From positions 1 through 29,930 of the IMG/VR virus record IMGVR_UViG_3300042987_000361: DNA of 29,930 bases; one strand, 5' to 3'. Every line of letters starts with the position of its first letter. Positions within the stretch are counted from its first letter, which is position 1. Position numbers and translations under genes: made by a program. Positions 15,974-25,310 of the stretch are shown here, one piece after another. Source of the stretch: a virus (taxonomy: Duplodnaviria; Caudoviricetes). The notes below the pieces were generated by a model. The model had not been told where the DNA came from. It saw only the letters and a program-made list of their open reading frames with translations, and searched no databases.

Positions 15974-16161
15974 TGACAATTATCCACGACACGGCTATTA
16001 AGGTTGATGTTTACCCTGATGAGTTCAAGCCCCTCATGAAGGCAGTAAAGTATGCTTTAGTGTGTGATGATTCACGCAAGGTATTTAATGAGGAAGAGTG
16101 GTCTACGCTTAATGCGTGGCTTGATGACTTTTGTGACATTGCACTTAACGAGGCTGTATGA
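15973..16161 (+). CDS. Early hypothetical protein
   Basis: Coupled at both ends. Confidence 0.7.
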   Translation: MTIIHDTAIKVDVYPDEFKPLMKAVKYALVCDDSRKVFNEEEWSTLNAWLDDFCDIALNEAV

Positions 16162-16334
16162 AAGTCAACACCCGTGCATTGCTTGATCGCTTTATTCGTG
16201 AGGGGATTGAGCATACGTTCCTGAATACAGATGTTGAGTTAACGCCTATGGGTGAGCAGATCTTAGCCAATGACATAGAGCACCGCATCTGGCTTTACCT
16301 TGATGAATACTTCACCTTCGATGAGGACAACTAA
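16158..16334 (+). CDS. Early hypothetical protein, 58 aa (not in ORF track)
   Basis: GAGG RBS, ATGA overlap; MKVNTRALLDRFIREG...YFTFDEDN. Confidence 0.7.
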   Translation: MKVNTRALLDRFIREGIEHTFLNTDVELTPMGEQILANDIEHRIWLYLDEYFTFDEDN

Positions 16335-16504
16335 TGGCTAAAGCACTGACTGATGAGCAACGCAAGCTGCGTCTTGAGTTGGTTGACCTTGCTGCTCAAG
16401 GTGTACGCACTCAAGCAACAGCTGGTTACTATGATGCTGAACAAGTATCGTATTTAACTCAACAACTTGAGCGTATTGCTAAGTTCCTTTGTGTTAAATC
16501 CTGA
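16334..16504 (+). CDS. Early hypothetical protein, 56 aa (not in ORF track)
   Basis: GAGGA RBS, TAATG coupling; MAKALTDEQRKLRLELVD...FLCVKS. Confidence 0.7.
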   Translation: MAKALTDEQRKLRLELVDLAAQGVRTQATAGYYDAEQVSYLTQQLERIAKFLCVKS

Positions 16505-16519
16505 TTCACACTCATCGCC

Positions 16520-16684
16520 ATGTTGACAATGACAAAGCCACTCAAAGAGTACGAAGTCACTACTAGCACTGGTGTTTGGTACTTACTTGCTCGTGATAAC
16601 GAACAAGCTGCCTGGTCTGCTTTAGAGCTATCAGGGCAGCGTAATGAGAAACTACTTAATGTGAGGATTGCTGATGCCTGGTAA
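16520..16684 (+). CDS. Hypothetical protein, 54 aa (alternative start 16529; not in ORF track)
   Basis: MTKPLKEYEVTTSTGVWYLLARDNEQAAWSALELS...DAW; fills the gap after the TCACACTCAT motif. Confidence 0.65.
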   Translation: MLTMTKPLKEYEVTTSTGVWYLLARDNEQAAWSALELSGQRNEKLLNVRIADAW

Positions 16685-16979
16685 GGATTATCTGCCTAAC
16701 AACTGGCAAGAATATAAAGATGCACCTGATGATGCATTCATCCCTCATACCTTTGAGGAGATCATGTCGTGGAAGGTAGCAGGTTGGGAACTTCCTAGCT
16801 CTGTTGCTTGCATTATTCGTGTGTCTGATCGTAAGTCAGGCAAGGTTAAAGAGTTTGTCTACAGCAAGCCTAGCGCTGCTCGTAACAAGGTAGAAAAACT
16901 GTTAGCTACACCTGATGTAGAGTTTGCAGTATGTGACCACAAAGCTATTCACCACCTATCCCCTGAGTACAATGACTGA
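16674..16979 (+). CDS. Cyanopodovirus-type early hypothetical protein
   Basis: GAGGA RBS before ATG 16674; NNWQEYKDAPD...WKVAGWELPSSVACIIR recalled from pre-RNAP genes of related phages. Confidence 0.75.
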   Translation: MPGKDYLPNNWQEYKDAPDDAFIPHTFEEIMSWKVAGWELPSSVACIIRVSDRKSGKVKEFVYSKPSAARNKVEKLLATPDVEFAVCDHKAIHHLSPEYND

Positions 16980-17121
16980 TCTTGTTTTCTCTCGTCGTCT
17001 TCAACAACTAATCGATCAACTTAAGAATCACCCATTCAAAGAGGAGATCATCAAACTGGCACAAGAGCAGTTAATTGATGACTCCGATGTGGTAGAATAC
17101 TGCATGGTCACTAATGACTAA
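16972..17121 (+). CDS. Small hypothetical protein
   Basis: ATG 16972 overlaps the upstream stop region; helical 49 aa. Confidence 0.6.
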   Translation: MTDLVFSRRLQQLIDQLKNHPFKEEIIKLAQEQLIDDSDVVEYCMVTND

Positions 17122-17139
17122 TTACCTGGAGAGGTTTAT

Positions 17140-19479
17140 TTGGCTACACCAGCAGAGATTGATGCACAAGTTCAACTAGAAAGAGACCAAATCAATCAAG
17201 GACTCAAGCGACTGCATGAACAACGCAGACAACTAGAGGAAAAGAGTTATGCGTCTGCCACAATTTATGGCGTGGCTTCTATTGATGCTCTTCTTCCTAA
17301 GCTGGTTGAACGTATCCAGGAGACCAACCATAGGATCTACCAAAGACAAAACGGAGTAGCATTCAAGGAGATTGCTGTCTACCTATCGGACATTGAACCT
17401 ATGGCATCCGCTGCTATTGCACTTAAGATAACCTTTGATAAGGTATTCTCATTTAAGCAGGGCAGTGATCAACTTGTTTCAGTGTGTGATGCTATTGGTT
17501 CGGCTGTTGAGGCTGAATGCCAGATGCGTCACTATGAACGTAATGCTCCGGGTTTACTGGCAACACTCAAGAAGAACTACTACCATAGTTCAATGGGCAC
17601 ACATCAGAAGCTCGTTGTTATACGAACACTGATGAATCGTTGTGAGGTAGATCAGTGGCCTGCATGGGGTAGAACTAATCGTATCAAACTAGGTACGTGG
17701 TTGTTGGATTGTATTATCCAAACAAGCAACTGGTTTACCAAAGAACTCAAACAAGAGGGTAAGAACCGCGTTAATTACGTTGTCCCTACACCTGAGTTCA
17801 TTGAGATCAAGGATCGCATCATGAAGGATGCTGAACTCTTTGCTCCACTTGCATGGCCAATGCTAATCGAACCTAATGATTGGGCTGTTGGTAGGTCTGG
17901 TGGTTACATCTTGAACGAGGTGATGCACGGACATGAAATGGTTCGCCGGGGCAACCACCCATGTATACAGGGGGAGATACCCTATGCCTTTTTGAACAAG
18001 ATTCAGAAGGTTGCTTATCGACTAAACCCCTTTATTGTAGGGGTTGCTGAAGAACTAAGCAGACTGGAACGTTCAGTCGGTAAGTTTCTCCCTATCGTTC
18101 ATCACGAGCTGCCTGCTAAACCTGCTGATATTGAAACTAATTACGATAGTCGTAAGGATTATCGGAGAAGAGCAGCAGCTGTGATGAATACCAATGCTCA
18201 AGAGTTTAAGAAGTCATGTAGAACTCGCATGACAATGGAAGCAGTAAAACGCTTCAAGGATGTACCTAAGTTCTACATACCGTGGTCTTTTGACTATAGA
18301 GGTAGAGCTTACCCTATTCCTAGTTTCTTAACTCCCCAAGATACTGACTTCGGTAAGTCATTGCTTCGTCTTGCTGATGAGGCTTATATGACACCTGAAG
18401 CTGAGGATTGGATAGCATTTCAAGTTGCTACCTGCTATGGTCTAGATAAGGCTGCAATGGTAGAGCGTCTTGAGTGGGTACGAAATAACATCACACTCAT
18501 CACGCAAGTTGCCACAGATCCAATTGGATCGTTACCTGAATGGGAAGCAGCAGAAGAACCATGGCAGTTTCTAGCAGCATGTGAAGAATACTATCATTGC
18601 GTGATCGCAGCTGATAGACAGTTCACTGGACTGATGATAGCAACAGATGCTACCTGTTCAGGTCTACAAATTCTAGCAGGTCTTGCTAGAGATCGTAATA
18701 CCGCTCGCCTTGTTAATGTCTTACCTGGTGATAAACCACAAGATGCTTACAAAGTAGTTGCTGAGGAAGCTACACCTCATTGCCCTGCTTCTATTCAACC
18801 ATATATGGATAGGAAGACGGTCAAGAGGGTAGTGATGACAGTACCGTATAACGCTAAACCTTTCTCTAATCGTGGCTACATCCGAGAAGCTTTAACTGAA
18901 AAGGGCGTAGAGATCTCTAAAGAAGATCTAACCGCAACTGTCAAGGCAGTTAGAGATGCTATGAATCGTGTCGTCCCTGGTCCCATGGCCGTGATGACGT
19001 GGATTGAGAAGGAAGTAGCTAATGCTATTAAATCTGGCAAGACATTCCTTGAGTGGACAACACCATCTGGGTTTGTCGTACACCAAAAGCTGAACAAGAA
19101 ACAGTTTGAGGTCTTAGATCTACAACTGCTTGGTCGCTGTAAGATGAAGGTTGCAGTTGGTGACACAGATGAGGTTGACATCAACCATCACAAGAACGCT
19201 ACTGCTCCTAATCTTATCCATAGTTTAGATGCGTCCTTGCTCCATTTAGCTGTCTTACGATTTGACGCACCAATTGCTCTCATTCACGATTCTGTGCTTT
19301 GTCGTGCAACGGACATGTCCACCTTGTCCACTATTGTACGAGAAACATACATGCACTTATTCGCAGAGCATGATTATCTAAAAGACTTTGCCCTGCAGAT
19401 CGGGGCAGAGACTGAACCACCGATCATTGGTGATCTGGAACCAGAGACCGTGATTGAATCCACCTATTTCTTTTGTTAA
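17140..19479 (+). CDS. Single-subunit T7-like DNA-directed RNA polymerase
   Basis: FDYRGRAYP, motif A DATCSGLQ, motif B RKTVKRVVMTVPYN, APNLIHSLDA, motif C IHDS; TTG start with GGAGAGG RBS. Confidence 0.98.
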   Translation: MATPAEIDAQVQLERDQINQGLKRLHEQRRQLEEKSYASATIYGVASIDALLPKLVERIQETNHRIYQRQNGVAFKEIAVYLSDIEPMASAAIALKITFDKVFSFKQGSDQLVSVCDAIGSAVEAECQMRHYERNAPGLLATLKKNYYHSSMGTHQKLVVIRTLMNRCEVDQWPAWGRTNRIKLGTWLLDCIIQTSNWFTKELKQEGKNRVNYVVPTPEFIEIKDRIMKDAELFAPLAWPMLIEPNDWAVGRSGGYILNEVMHGHEMVRRGNHPCIQGEIPYAFLNKIQKVAYRLNPFIVGVAEELSRLERSVGKFLPIVHHELPAKPADIETNYDSRKDYRRRAAAVMNTNAQEFKKSCRTRMTMEAVKRFKDVPKFYIPWSFDYRGRAYPIPSFLTPQDTDFGKSLLRLADEAYMTPEAEDWIAFQVATCYGLDKAAMVERLEWVRNNITLITQVATDPIGSLPEWEAAEEPWQFLAACEEYYHCVIAADRQFTGLMIATDATCSGLQILAGLARDRNTARLVNVLPGDKPQDAYKVVAEEATPHCPASIQPYMDRKTVKRVVMTVPYNAKPFSNRGYIREALTEKGVEISKEDLTATVKAVRDAMNRVVPGPMAVMTWIEKEVANAIKSGKTFLEWTTPSGFVVHQKLNKKQFEVLDLQLLGRCKMKVAVGDTDEVDINHHKNATAPNLIHSLDASLLHLAVLRFDAPIALIHDSVLCRATDMSTLSTIVRETYMHLFAEHDYLKDFALQIGAETEPPIIGDLEPETVIESTYFFC

Positions 19480-20054
19480 TGGCACAACCCATCCACATTA
19501 CCCAACAGCCTGTTGTCCTTGAAGGCTATCAAGCTGTGCTGAAACCTAGTAAGTTTGGCTACTCACTGTCTGCGATCCTTGATGATAAGATGATCGCTAC
19601 TCTTGAAGAGGATCGAGTTGAAACTCTCAAGTGGGCAGAGAGTAAGCTGAAGAACCCTAAGCGTAGTGTACTTAAACCTGAGCCTTGGGAAGAGGTGTCT
19701 ACTGGTAAGTACAAGGCTAAGTTCTCCTGGAATGAAACCAACCGGCCACCTGTTGTCGATAGTGAAGGGACACCTATCACTAACCTTGATCTGCCTGTCT
19801 ACAGTGGCAGCAAGGTGAAGCTTGCTTTCAAGCAAAAGCCTTACATCCTCAAGGATGGTGTCACCTACGGCACTAGCCTTAAGCTTGTAGGAGTGCAAGT
19901 TGTAGAGCTTAATGGTTCTGCTGGTGTCGATAGGAGCGACCTTGGTGACGCTGAGGTGGCTGCTCTGTTCGGGCAGACCACTGGGTTCAAGGCTGACTCA
20001 GCACCGCCTACTGTGGTCGATGAAGAGCCCGTGGCAGAAGACGACGACTTCTGA
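19479..20054 (+). CDS. ssb: Single-stranded DNA-binding protein (gp2.5-like)
   Basis: Follows RNAP; SLKLVGVQVVEL strand; acidic tail ending EDDDF. Confidence 0.88.
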   Translation: MAQPIHITQQPVVLEGYQAVLKPSKFGYSLSAILDDKMIATLEEDRVETLKWAESKLKNPKRSVLKPEPWEEVSTGKYKAKFSWNETNRPPVVDSEGTPITNLDLPVYSGSKVKLAFKQKPYILKDGVTYGTSLKLVGVQVVELNGSAGVDRSDLGDAEVAALFGQTTGFKADSAPPTVVDEEPVAEDDDF

Positions 20055-20407
20055 TGGCGTATCGCTCAGGTCTGGAGGTGAAGGTCGCTGATCTTCTCTC
20101 CAACTTGGGAGTTAAGTACGAATACGAATCAACTAAAGTACCATATGTCTTGCAGTGCAACTATACGCCAGACTTCCTCTTGCCTAATGGTGTCTTCCTT
20201 GAAACAAAGGGCCACCTGACGGAAGAGGATCGTCGTAAGATGAAAGCTGTCAAGGCTGCTAATCCTGATCTAGATATTCGTTTCGTATTTCAATCCCCTT
20301 ACAACAAGATCTACAAAGGATCAAAGACAACCTATGCCAAGTGGGCTGAGAAACACGGCTTTCCTTGGTGTGCATTTCACTCCATCCCCATTGATTGGTT
20401 AACATGA
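20054..20407 (+). CDS. Endonuclease I / Holliday junction resolvase (gp3-like)
   Basis: YRSGLE, YTPDFLLPNGVFLETKG, DLDIRFVF, TTYAKWAEKHGF. Confidence 0.95.
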   Translation: MAYRSGLEVKVADLLSNLGVKYEYESTKVPYVLQCNYTPDFLLPNGVFLETKGHLTEEDRRKMKAVKAANPDLDIRFVFQSPYNKIYKGSKTTYAKWAEKHGFPWCAFHSIPIDWLT

Positions 20408-20628
20408 TTGCTGCTACCCCCACTCGTTTCGAGTACGGCACTGCTGAGTTCTACGAAGAGTCGTTCTCTGATATTCTTGCTGATGTAGACTCTGATAACC
20501 CGGAGTATGCTGATGCAATTGTTGAGGGATTCCTGAAATCAATCGACTCTTGGTTTAACTATCACGACCATCAAGCCACTGCATATGATGAACTCCGACA
20601 GCGAGTTCGTAAGGCACTTACCGTGTGA
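20404..20628 (+). CDS. Acidic hypothetical protein
   Basis: ATGA overlap with endonuclease stop; overlaps primase start. Confidence 0.7.
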   Translation: MIAATPTRFEYGTAEFYEESFSDILADVDSDNPEYADAIVEGFLKSIDSWFNYHDHQATAYDELRQRVRKALTV

Positions 20629-22159
20629 CAATTGTGGGTCATCTGACGCAAACTCTTTGTACTCAGATGGCCACACTTTTTGTTTCTCGTGTAATGCCTA
20701 CGGTAATACCGAAAACGTTCACACTCATAAAATGTCCACCAATGTCAGACTACAAGGCTCAGCTGAACGGCTGCAGAAACGAAACCTATCCGAAAAGGTC
20801 TGCCAGCAATACAAAATCTACCGAGACGGAGACGTTCTACGGTTCCATTATTTCGACAGCTCTGGCGTACTTAAAGGGTGTAAGGTAAAGACTAAAAACA
20901 AAATATTTACTTATGAAGGAGAGACGCCTGGAACACTCTTTGGACAACATTTGTTTCCCGCCACTGGAAAACGAGTCGTTATCACCGAAGGAGAACTCGA
21001 TGCAGCTAGCTGTCAAGAAGCTATGCCGGGGTGGCCGATGGTTTCTCTACCTAGCGGTGCCGCTTCGGCAAAGAAGTCGATTCAACGGTCTCTCCAATGG
21101 CTCCAGGGTTATGAGGAGATTGTCCTGTTCTTCGACAATGACGAGGCAGGCCGTAAAGCGGCGGAGGAGGCGGCAAGCGTCCTACCACCTGGCAAGACAA
21201 AGATCGCCCGTCTGGAGGCGTACAAGGACGCATCAGACGCTCTCCAAGCCAATGACTCCGAAGCAATTCGCAGAGCTATTTGGGATGCTAAACCGTACAG
21301 ACCAGATGGCATTGTTGATGGCAGATCTCTCCTTGAGTTAGTAACTACACCCTCTCCACCATCTGATCATGACTACCCATTCAATGGGCTACAAAAGAAG
21401 CTTCACGGGATACGGTACGGAGAGCTTGTCACAATTACTGCTGGATCTGGCATCGGAAAATCCTCGTTCTGTCGTGAACTCGCAACTAACCTTCTCAGTA
21501 ACGGCGAACGAGTCGGGTATTTGGCACTTGAAGAGTCAAATCGTAGAACGGCCCTAGGGTTAATGTCCGCTGCTGTAGGCAAATCGCTCCATCTTGGAGA
21601 GTATGATCGAGAGACGTTGACCGAAGCGTACGAGGCAACACTAGCGAAGTGGAACCTATTCCTGTTTGATGGCTTTGGTTCATTCGATCCTGACTTGATC
21701 TACAATCGAATTGAATACCTGGCAGCAGGTCTTGATGCGAAGGTAATCTTCCTTGACCACCTATCTATTCTGCTTTCTGGCCTCGATGGAGACGAGAGGC
21801 GGATGATAGATACAACAATGACTAAGCTACGTTCTCTTGTAGAGCGTACGGGTGTTGCCATGTTCCTTGTTTCACATCTACGACGAACATCTGGAGACAC
21901 TAACCATGAAGAAGGGGCACGGGTTACACTTGGACAGCTGCGCGGAAGTGCGGCAATTGCACAACTCTCTGACGGAGTTATTGCACTCGAACGCGATCAA
22001 CAGGCCGCAGCTGGAGGAAGTAATACAACAGTGCGAGTCCTTAAAAATCGCTATTCGGGCGAAGTTGGCATCGCTTGCAATCTAAGTTATGATTTATCCA
22101 CCTGTAAATTCCATGAAACAGAAGCAGCAGAAGAGTTCGACGCAAGTACAGACTTTTGA
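20585..22159 (+). CDS. Primase-helicase (gp4-like)
   Basis: Zn finger CDNCGSSDA...CFSC, TOPRIM ITEGELD and FFDNDEAG, Walker A AGSGIGKS, FLDHLS, LRGSAAIAQLSD, KNRYSG. Confidence 0.97.
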   Translation: MMNSDSEFVRHLPCDNCGSSDANSLYSDGHTFCFSCNAYGNTENVHTHKMSTNVRLQGSAERLQKRNLSEKVCQQYKIYRDGDVLRFHYFDSSGVLKGCKVKTKNKIFTYEGETPGTLFGQHLFPATGKRVVITEGELDAASCQEAMPGWPMVSLPSGAASAKKSIQRSLQWLQGYEEIVLFFDNDEAGRKAAEEAASVLPPGKTKIARLEAYKDASDALQANDSEAIRRAIWDAKPYRPDGIVDGRSLLELVTTPSPPSDHDYPFNGLQKKLHGIRYGELVTITAGSGIGKSSFCRELATNLLSNGERVGYLALEESNRRTALGLMSAAVGKSLHLGEYDRETLTEAYEATLAKWNLFLFDGFGSFDPDLIYNRIEYLAAGLDAKVIFLDHLSILLSGLDGDERRMIDTTMTKLRSLVERTGVAMFLVSHLRRTSGDTNHEEGARVTLGQLRGSAAIAQLSDGVIALERDQQAAAGGSNTTVRVLKNRYSGEVGIACNLSYDLSTCKFHETEAAEEFDASTDF

Positions 22160-22265
22160 ATCTCCGCATCAGCAAGCAATGCTGACTAAACCTAACCCTC
22201 CCACTCCTGAGGCAGTCAAGCGAGCACAGTTCGTCGATAAGACCTATCGCTGGACTGGTAAATGA
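22113..22265 (+). CDS. Small hypothetical protein (start could be 22179; not in ORF track)
   Basis: ...MLTKPNPPTPEAVKRAQFVDKTYRWTGK; fills the gap and has ATGA overlap with next gene. Confidence 0.55.
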   Translation: MKQKQQKSSTQVQTFESPHQQAMLTKPNPPTPEAVKRAQFVDKTYRWTGK

Positions 22266-22501
22266 CTCAAGAACACCCAATTACTCCGCCAGAAGAACTA
22301 GTAGATCAATGGAACGAAGCTTGGATTGATGCCAAGGTTAAACACGAAGGACTTGTAACTTTCATTGCCACTCAAGCCGCCCGCTGGGGCGCCGACCAGG
22401 AACTGGAGGCGTGTTGTGAGTGGCTTCACTGGCAAAACCTGGCCACACATCCCGAACTGATCCCTTCGCTCCGCGCCGCACGCCGCCGAGCTGGAGGGTA
22501 A
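22262..22501 (+). CDS. Hypothetical protein
   Basis: HPITPPEELVDQW...AARWGADQELEACCEWL...LRAARR; abuts DNA polymerase start. Confidence 0.7.
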   Translation: MTQEHPITPPEELVDQWNEAWIDAKVKHEGLVTFIATQAARWGADQELEACCEWLHWQNLATHPELIPSLRAARRRAGG

Positions 22502-23020
22502 ATGAACCTAATCTTCGACTTAGAAACTGACGGTCTCTACGATGATGCTACCAAGATCCACTGTATCGGCATCTATGATCTCGACACTAATCAGACGCTT
22601 GTCTTCAATGATGAAGGCAGTGAGCAACCAATTACAAAAGGTGTTCAGCTACTAGAAGATGCCTGTTGCCTTATTGGCCACAATATCATTGGCTACGATA
22701 TTCCTGTGCTCCGCAAGCTCTATCCTTGGTTTACCCCCGGTCCTAGGATTATTGATACTCTGGTTCTCAGTCGTATTTATCACGCTGATATGCTGAAGAC
22801 AGACCAGAAGCGTAAGTGGAAGAATATGCCACCACGGCTTCAAGGTCGCCACTCACTTGAATCCTATGGATACAGGCTCGGCGTTTACAAAGGAGAGTTT
22901 GGTAAGGATACTGACTGGAAGAACTGGTCACAAGAGATGCAGGATTACTGCATACAAGACGTAAAGGTAACACAGAAGTTATGGCAACATTTCCACCCAT
23001 ACCTGACTTCATCCAACTAG
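22502..23020 (+). CDS. DNA polymerase A, 3'-5' exonuclease part
   Basis: ExoI IFDLETDG, ExoII GHNIIGYD, ExoIII YCIQDV; GGAGG RBS. Confidence 0.93.
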   Translation: MNLIFDLETDGLYDDATKIHCIGIYDLDTNQTLVFNDEGSEQPITKGVQLLEDACCLIGHNIIGYDIPVLRKLYPWFTPGPRIIDTLVLSRIYHADMLKTDQKRKWKNMPPRLQGRHSLESYGYRLGVYKGEFGKDTDWKNWSQEMQDYCIQDVKVTQKLWQHFHPYLTSSN

Positions 23021-24261
23021 AACATGACGTTGCAACCATCCTCACAGAACAAGAGATACATGGGTGGTACTTTGATGAAAGAGCTGCATGGGAACTTGAA
23101 TCGACTCTCCGAAGAGAGCTTGAAACACTTACTCAGCTACTACGCAACAGGTACCCTCTCATTAAAGATCGAGAGTTTACTCCTAAAAGAGTTAACCGAA
23201 CAACGGGATACGTCGCAGGCGCTCCTCTCACTAAACTGAAGGAGTTCAACCCTGGTAGTCGTGATCACATTGCATGGGTCATGAAGAACCACCATGGTTG
23301 GGTGCCAGATAAAGAGACAGCTAGTGGCAAGACTGCCATTGACGAGACTGTACTCAAGGATATAGGAACCGAAGAAGCTCTTCAATTCTTGCGTTGCCTT
23401 GAGTTAACCAAAAGCCTCGGTATGTTGTCTGAAGGCAACAACGCCTGGTTGAAGTTAGTCAAAAACAATCGAATACACCATCACTGTTCAGTCAGTACGA
23501 ACACGCACCGATGTGCTCACCGTAATCCAAACCTTGCGCAGGTCCCGAGTGACTTATCATTCAGAAAACTCTTTACCGCGTCGCCTTCCATGGTTATGGT
23601 CGGTGCTGACTTAGCTGGTATTGAGTTGCGGATGTTGGCTCACTATTTAGCTAGGTACGATGGCGGCAGGTATGGAGACGTACTTCTTAATGGAGACATT
23701 CACCAAGAAAACGCCGACAAGATAGGTATATCACGCCGATTAGTTAAGACTGTAACTTATGCCTTCCTCTACGGAGCAGGCGACCAAAAGATAGGACTTA
23801 GTTATGACCAAAGCCTTTCCCCGAACAAGGCAAAAGAAAAAGGGGCTGAAATCCGAAGTGCTTATGTTGCTGCCATTGACGGCTTGGGTGATCTTCTTGC
23901 CGCTGTTCGTGCAGCGGGTGACAGAGGCTTTGTCAAGTCGATAGATGGACGTAAGATCGCAGTAGATAGCCCCCACAAGGCACTCAACTACCTTTTGCAG
24001 TCAGGGGCAGGTGTGGTTGCAAAGCGGTGGATGGTCATCGCTAATCAGAACTTCCCTACCATTGACAACGACTATCTCAGTCACACTCATCAACTTGCAT
24101 TCATCCACGACGAACTACAGTGGGAATGCCTGCCAGCTTATGCAGAAGATCTCAAGAACCATCTTGAGTTATGCGCTGCGCTAGCTGGCGAATACTACAA
24201 CCTCCGAATCCCCATTGCTGCTGAGGGGAAAATCGGCTCCACCTGGGCAGATGTACACTAA
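22981..24261 (+). CDS. DNA polymerase A, polymerase part (-1 frame relative to exonuclease part)
   Basis: PNLAQVP, motif A GADLAGIELR, motif B RRLVKTVTYAFLYG, motif C FIHDE. Confidence 0.95.
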   Translation: MATFPPIPDFIQLEHDVATILTEQEIHGWYFDERAAWELESTLRRELETLTQLLRNRYPLIKDREFTPKRVNRTTGYVAGAPLTKLKEFNPGSRDHIAWVMKNHHGWVPDKETASGKTAIDETVLKDIGTEEALQFLRCLELTKSLGMLSEGNNAWLKLVKNNRIHHHCSVSTNTHRCAHRNPNLAQVPSDLSFRKLFTASPSMVMVGADLAGIELRMLAHYLARYDGGRYGDVLLNGDIHQENADKIGISRRLVKTVTYAFLYGAGDQKIGLSYDQSLSPNKAKEKGAEIRSAYVAAIDGLGDLLAAVRAAGDRGFVKSIDGRKIAVDSPHKALNYLLQSGAGVVAKRWMVIANQNFPTIDNDYLSHTHQLAFIHDELQWECLPAYAEDLKNHLELCAALAGEYYNLRIPIAAEGKIGSTWADVH

Positions 24262-24398
24262 TGGCTACTAAATCAAAGACAAACCTTGGCCGTAAAGAGT
24301 TTCAATCACGAGCTAAGTTCAAACATACACATCAAGGCAATGGGACTCGATCTCTACCTTCCCATGGGCGTAAGCTTCGGAGAGGTCAGGGTAAATGA
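24261..24398 (+). CDS. Small very basic protein ending RGQGK, 45 aa (not in ORF track)
   Basis: TAATG and ATGA coupling; MATKSKTNLGRKEFQSRAKFKHTHQGNG...RRGQGK. Confidence 0.7.
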   Translation: MATKSKTNLGRKEFQSRAKFKHTHQGNGTRSLPSHGRKLRRGQGK

Positions 24399-24598
24399 CA
24401 TACCACGGAGATAAACAGGAGCAAGCTTTCTCTAAATGGTTTAACGGTGACTACAATCACCGCTCATGGAGATCAGAAATTTTCTATTCAGATTGCACTA
24501 TAGGAGACGAGAAAACAAGACAAGATGTTCTGTACAATTGGCTAGTTAAAGCTTACATGTCTGGATACGAGGAGGCTAGCAATGAGCCTTCTCATTGA
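24395..24598 (+). CDS. Hypothetical protein
   Basis: Coupled upstream; overlaps exonuclease start. Confidence 0.65.
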   Translation: MTYHGDKQEQAFSKWFNGDYNHRSWRSEIFYSDCTIGDEKTRQDVLYNWLVKAYMSGYEEASNEPSH

Positions 24599-25310
24599 TG
24601 CTGATTATATCGTCTACAAATGTTGTGCTGCTTCCGAATCAGAGATTGATTGGGGTGATGATGTAATCACTGTTACCAGTCGCTTCTCTGAAGCATACGA
24701 GTATGTAGAACGGGAGCTTTATAACATTGCTAACGATCTGGGACATTTTGACGATTCTATTCTGTTTTTTTCTGATTCTATCAATTTCCGTAAATCTCTG
24801 TATCCAGACTATAAAGGACATCGAAACAGAAAGAAACCGTGCGGCTATAAAAGAGTCATCAATAAACTCAAGGAGGAATACACGGTCGTAATTCTCCCTA
24901 CACTAGAAGCTGATGACGCTATAGGAATCTACGCAACCAAAGAGAAGGGGCACATCATCTGCTCGCCTGATAAGGACATGAGGCAGATCCCTGGTGACCT
25001 GTACGACCTCTCTGATGGCGTGGTGACCATTACCCCTGAAGATGGGCGTAGATGGCACCTCATACAGACTATGGCAGGCGATCAGACCGATGGTTATGCT
25101 GGTATTCCTGGTATTGGCGTTAAGAAAGCCGCAGACCTTCTTGATAAATATGGAGACACCTGGAAGACCGTTGTAGATGCTTTTGCTGATAAGGATCTCG
25201 ATGAGTCAGTTGCACTACTCAATGCACGATTAGCAAAGATCCTTCAAGTAGAAGATTATGATTTCACCAATCAAACAGTCAGACCTTGGACCCCCTCCAG
25301 TAGTGACTGA
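24582..25310 (+). CDS. 5'-3' exonuclease (gp6-like)
   Basis: LLIDADY, YKGHR, LEADD, SPDKDMRQIPG, GDQTDGYAGIPGIG. Confidence 0.95.
   Translation: MSLLIDADYIVYKCCAASESEIDWGDDVITVTSRFSEAYEYVERELYNIANDLGHFDDSILFFSDSINFRKSLYPDYKGHRNRKKPCGYKRVINKLKEEYTVVILPTLEADDAIGIYATKEKGHIICSPDKDMRQIPGDLYDLSDGVVTITPEDGRRWHLIQTMAGDQTDGYAGIPGIGVKKAADLLDKYGDTWKTVVDAFADKDLDESVALLNARLAKILQVEDYDFTNQTVRPWTPSSSD

Noticed and set aside
16972-17121. Small helical protein considered as a second NblA
   Set aside because: No LxxEQxF motif
22502-24261. DNA polymerase as pseudogene or intron/intein-interrupted gene
   Set aside because: All catalytic motifs intact and no intervening sequence; the halves overlap
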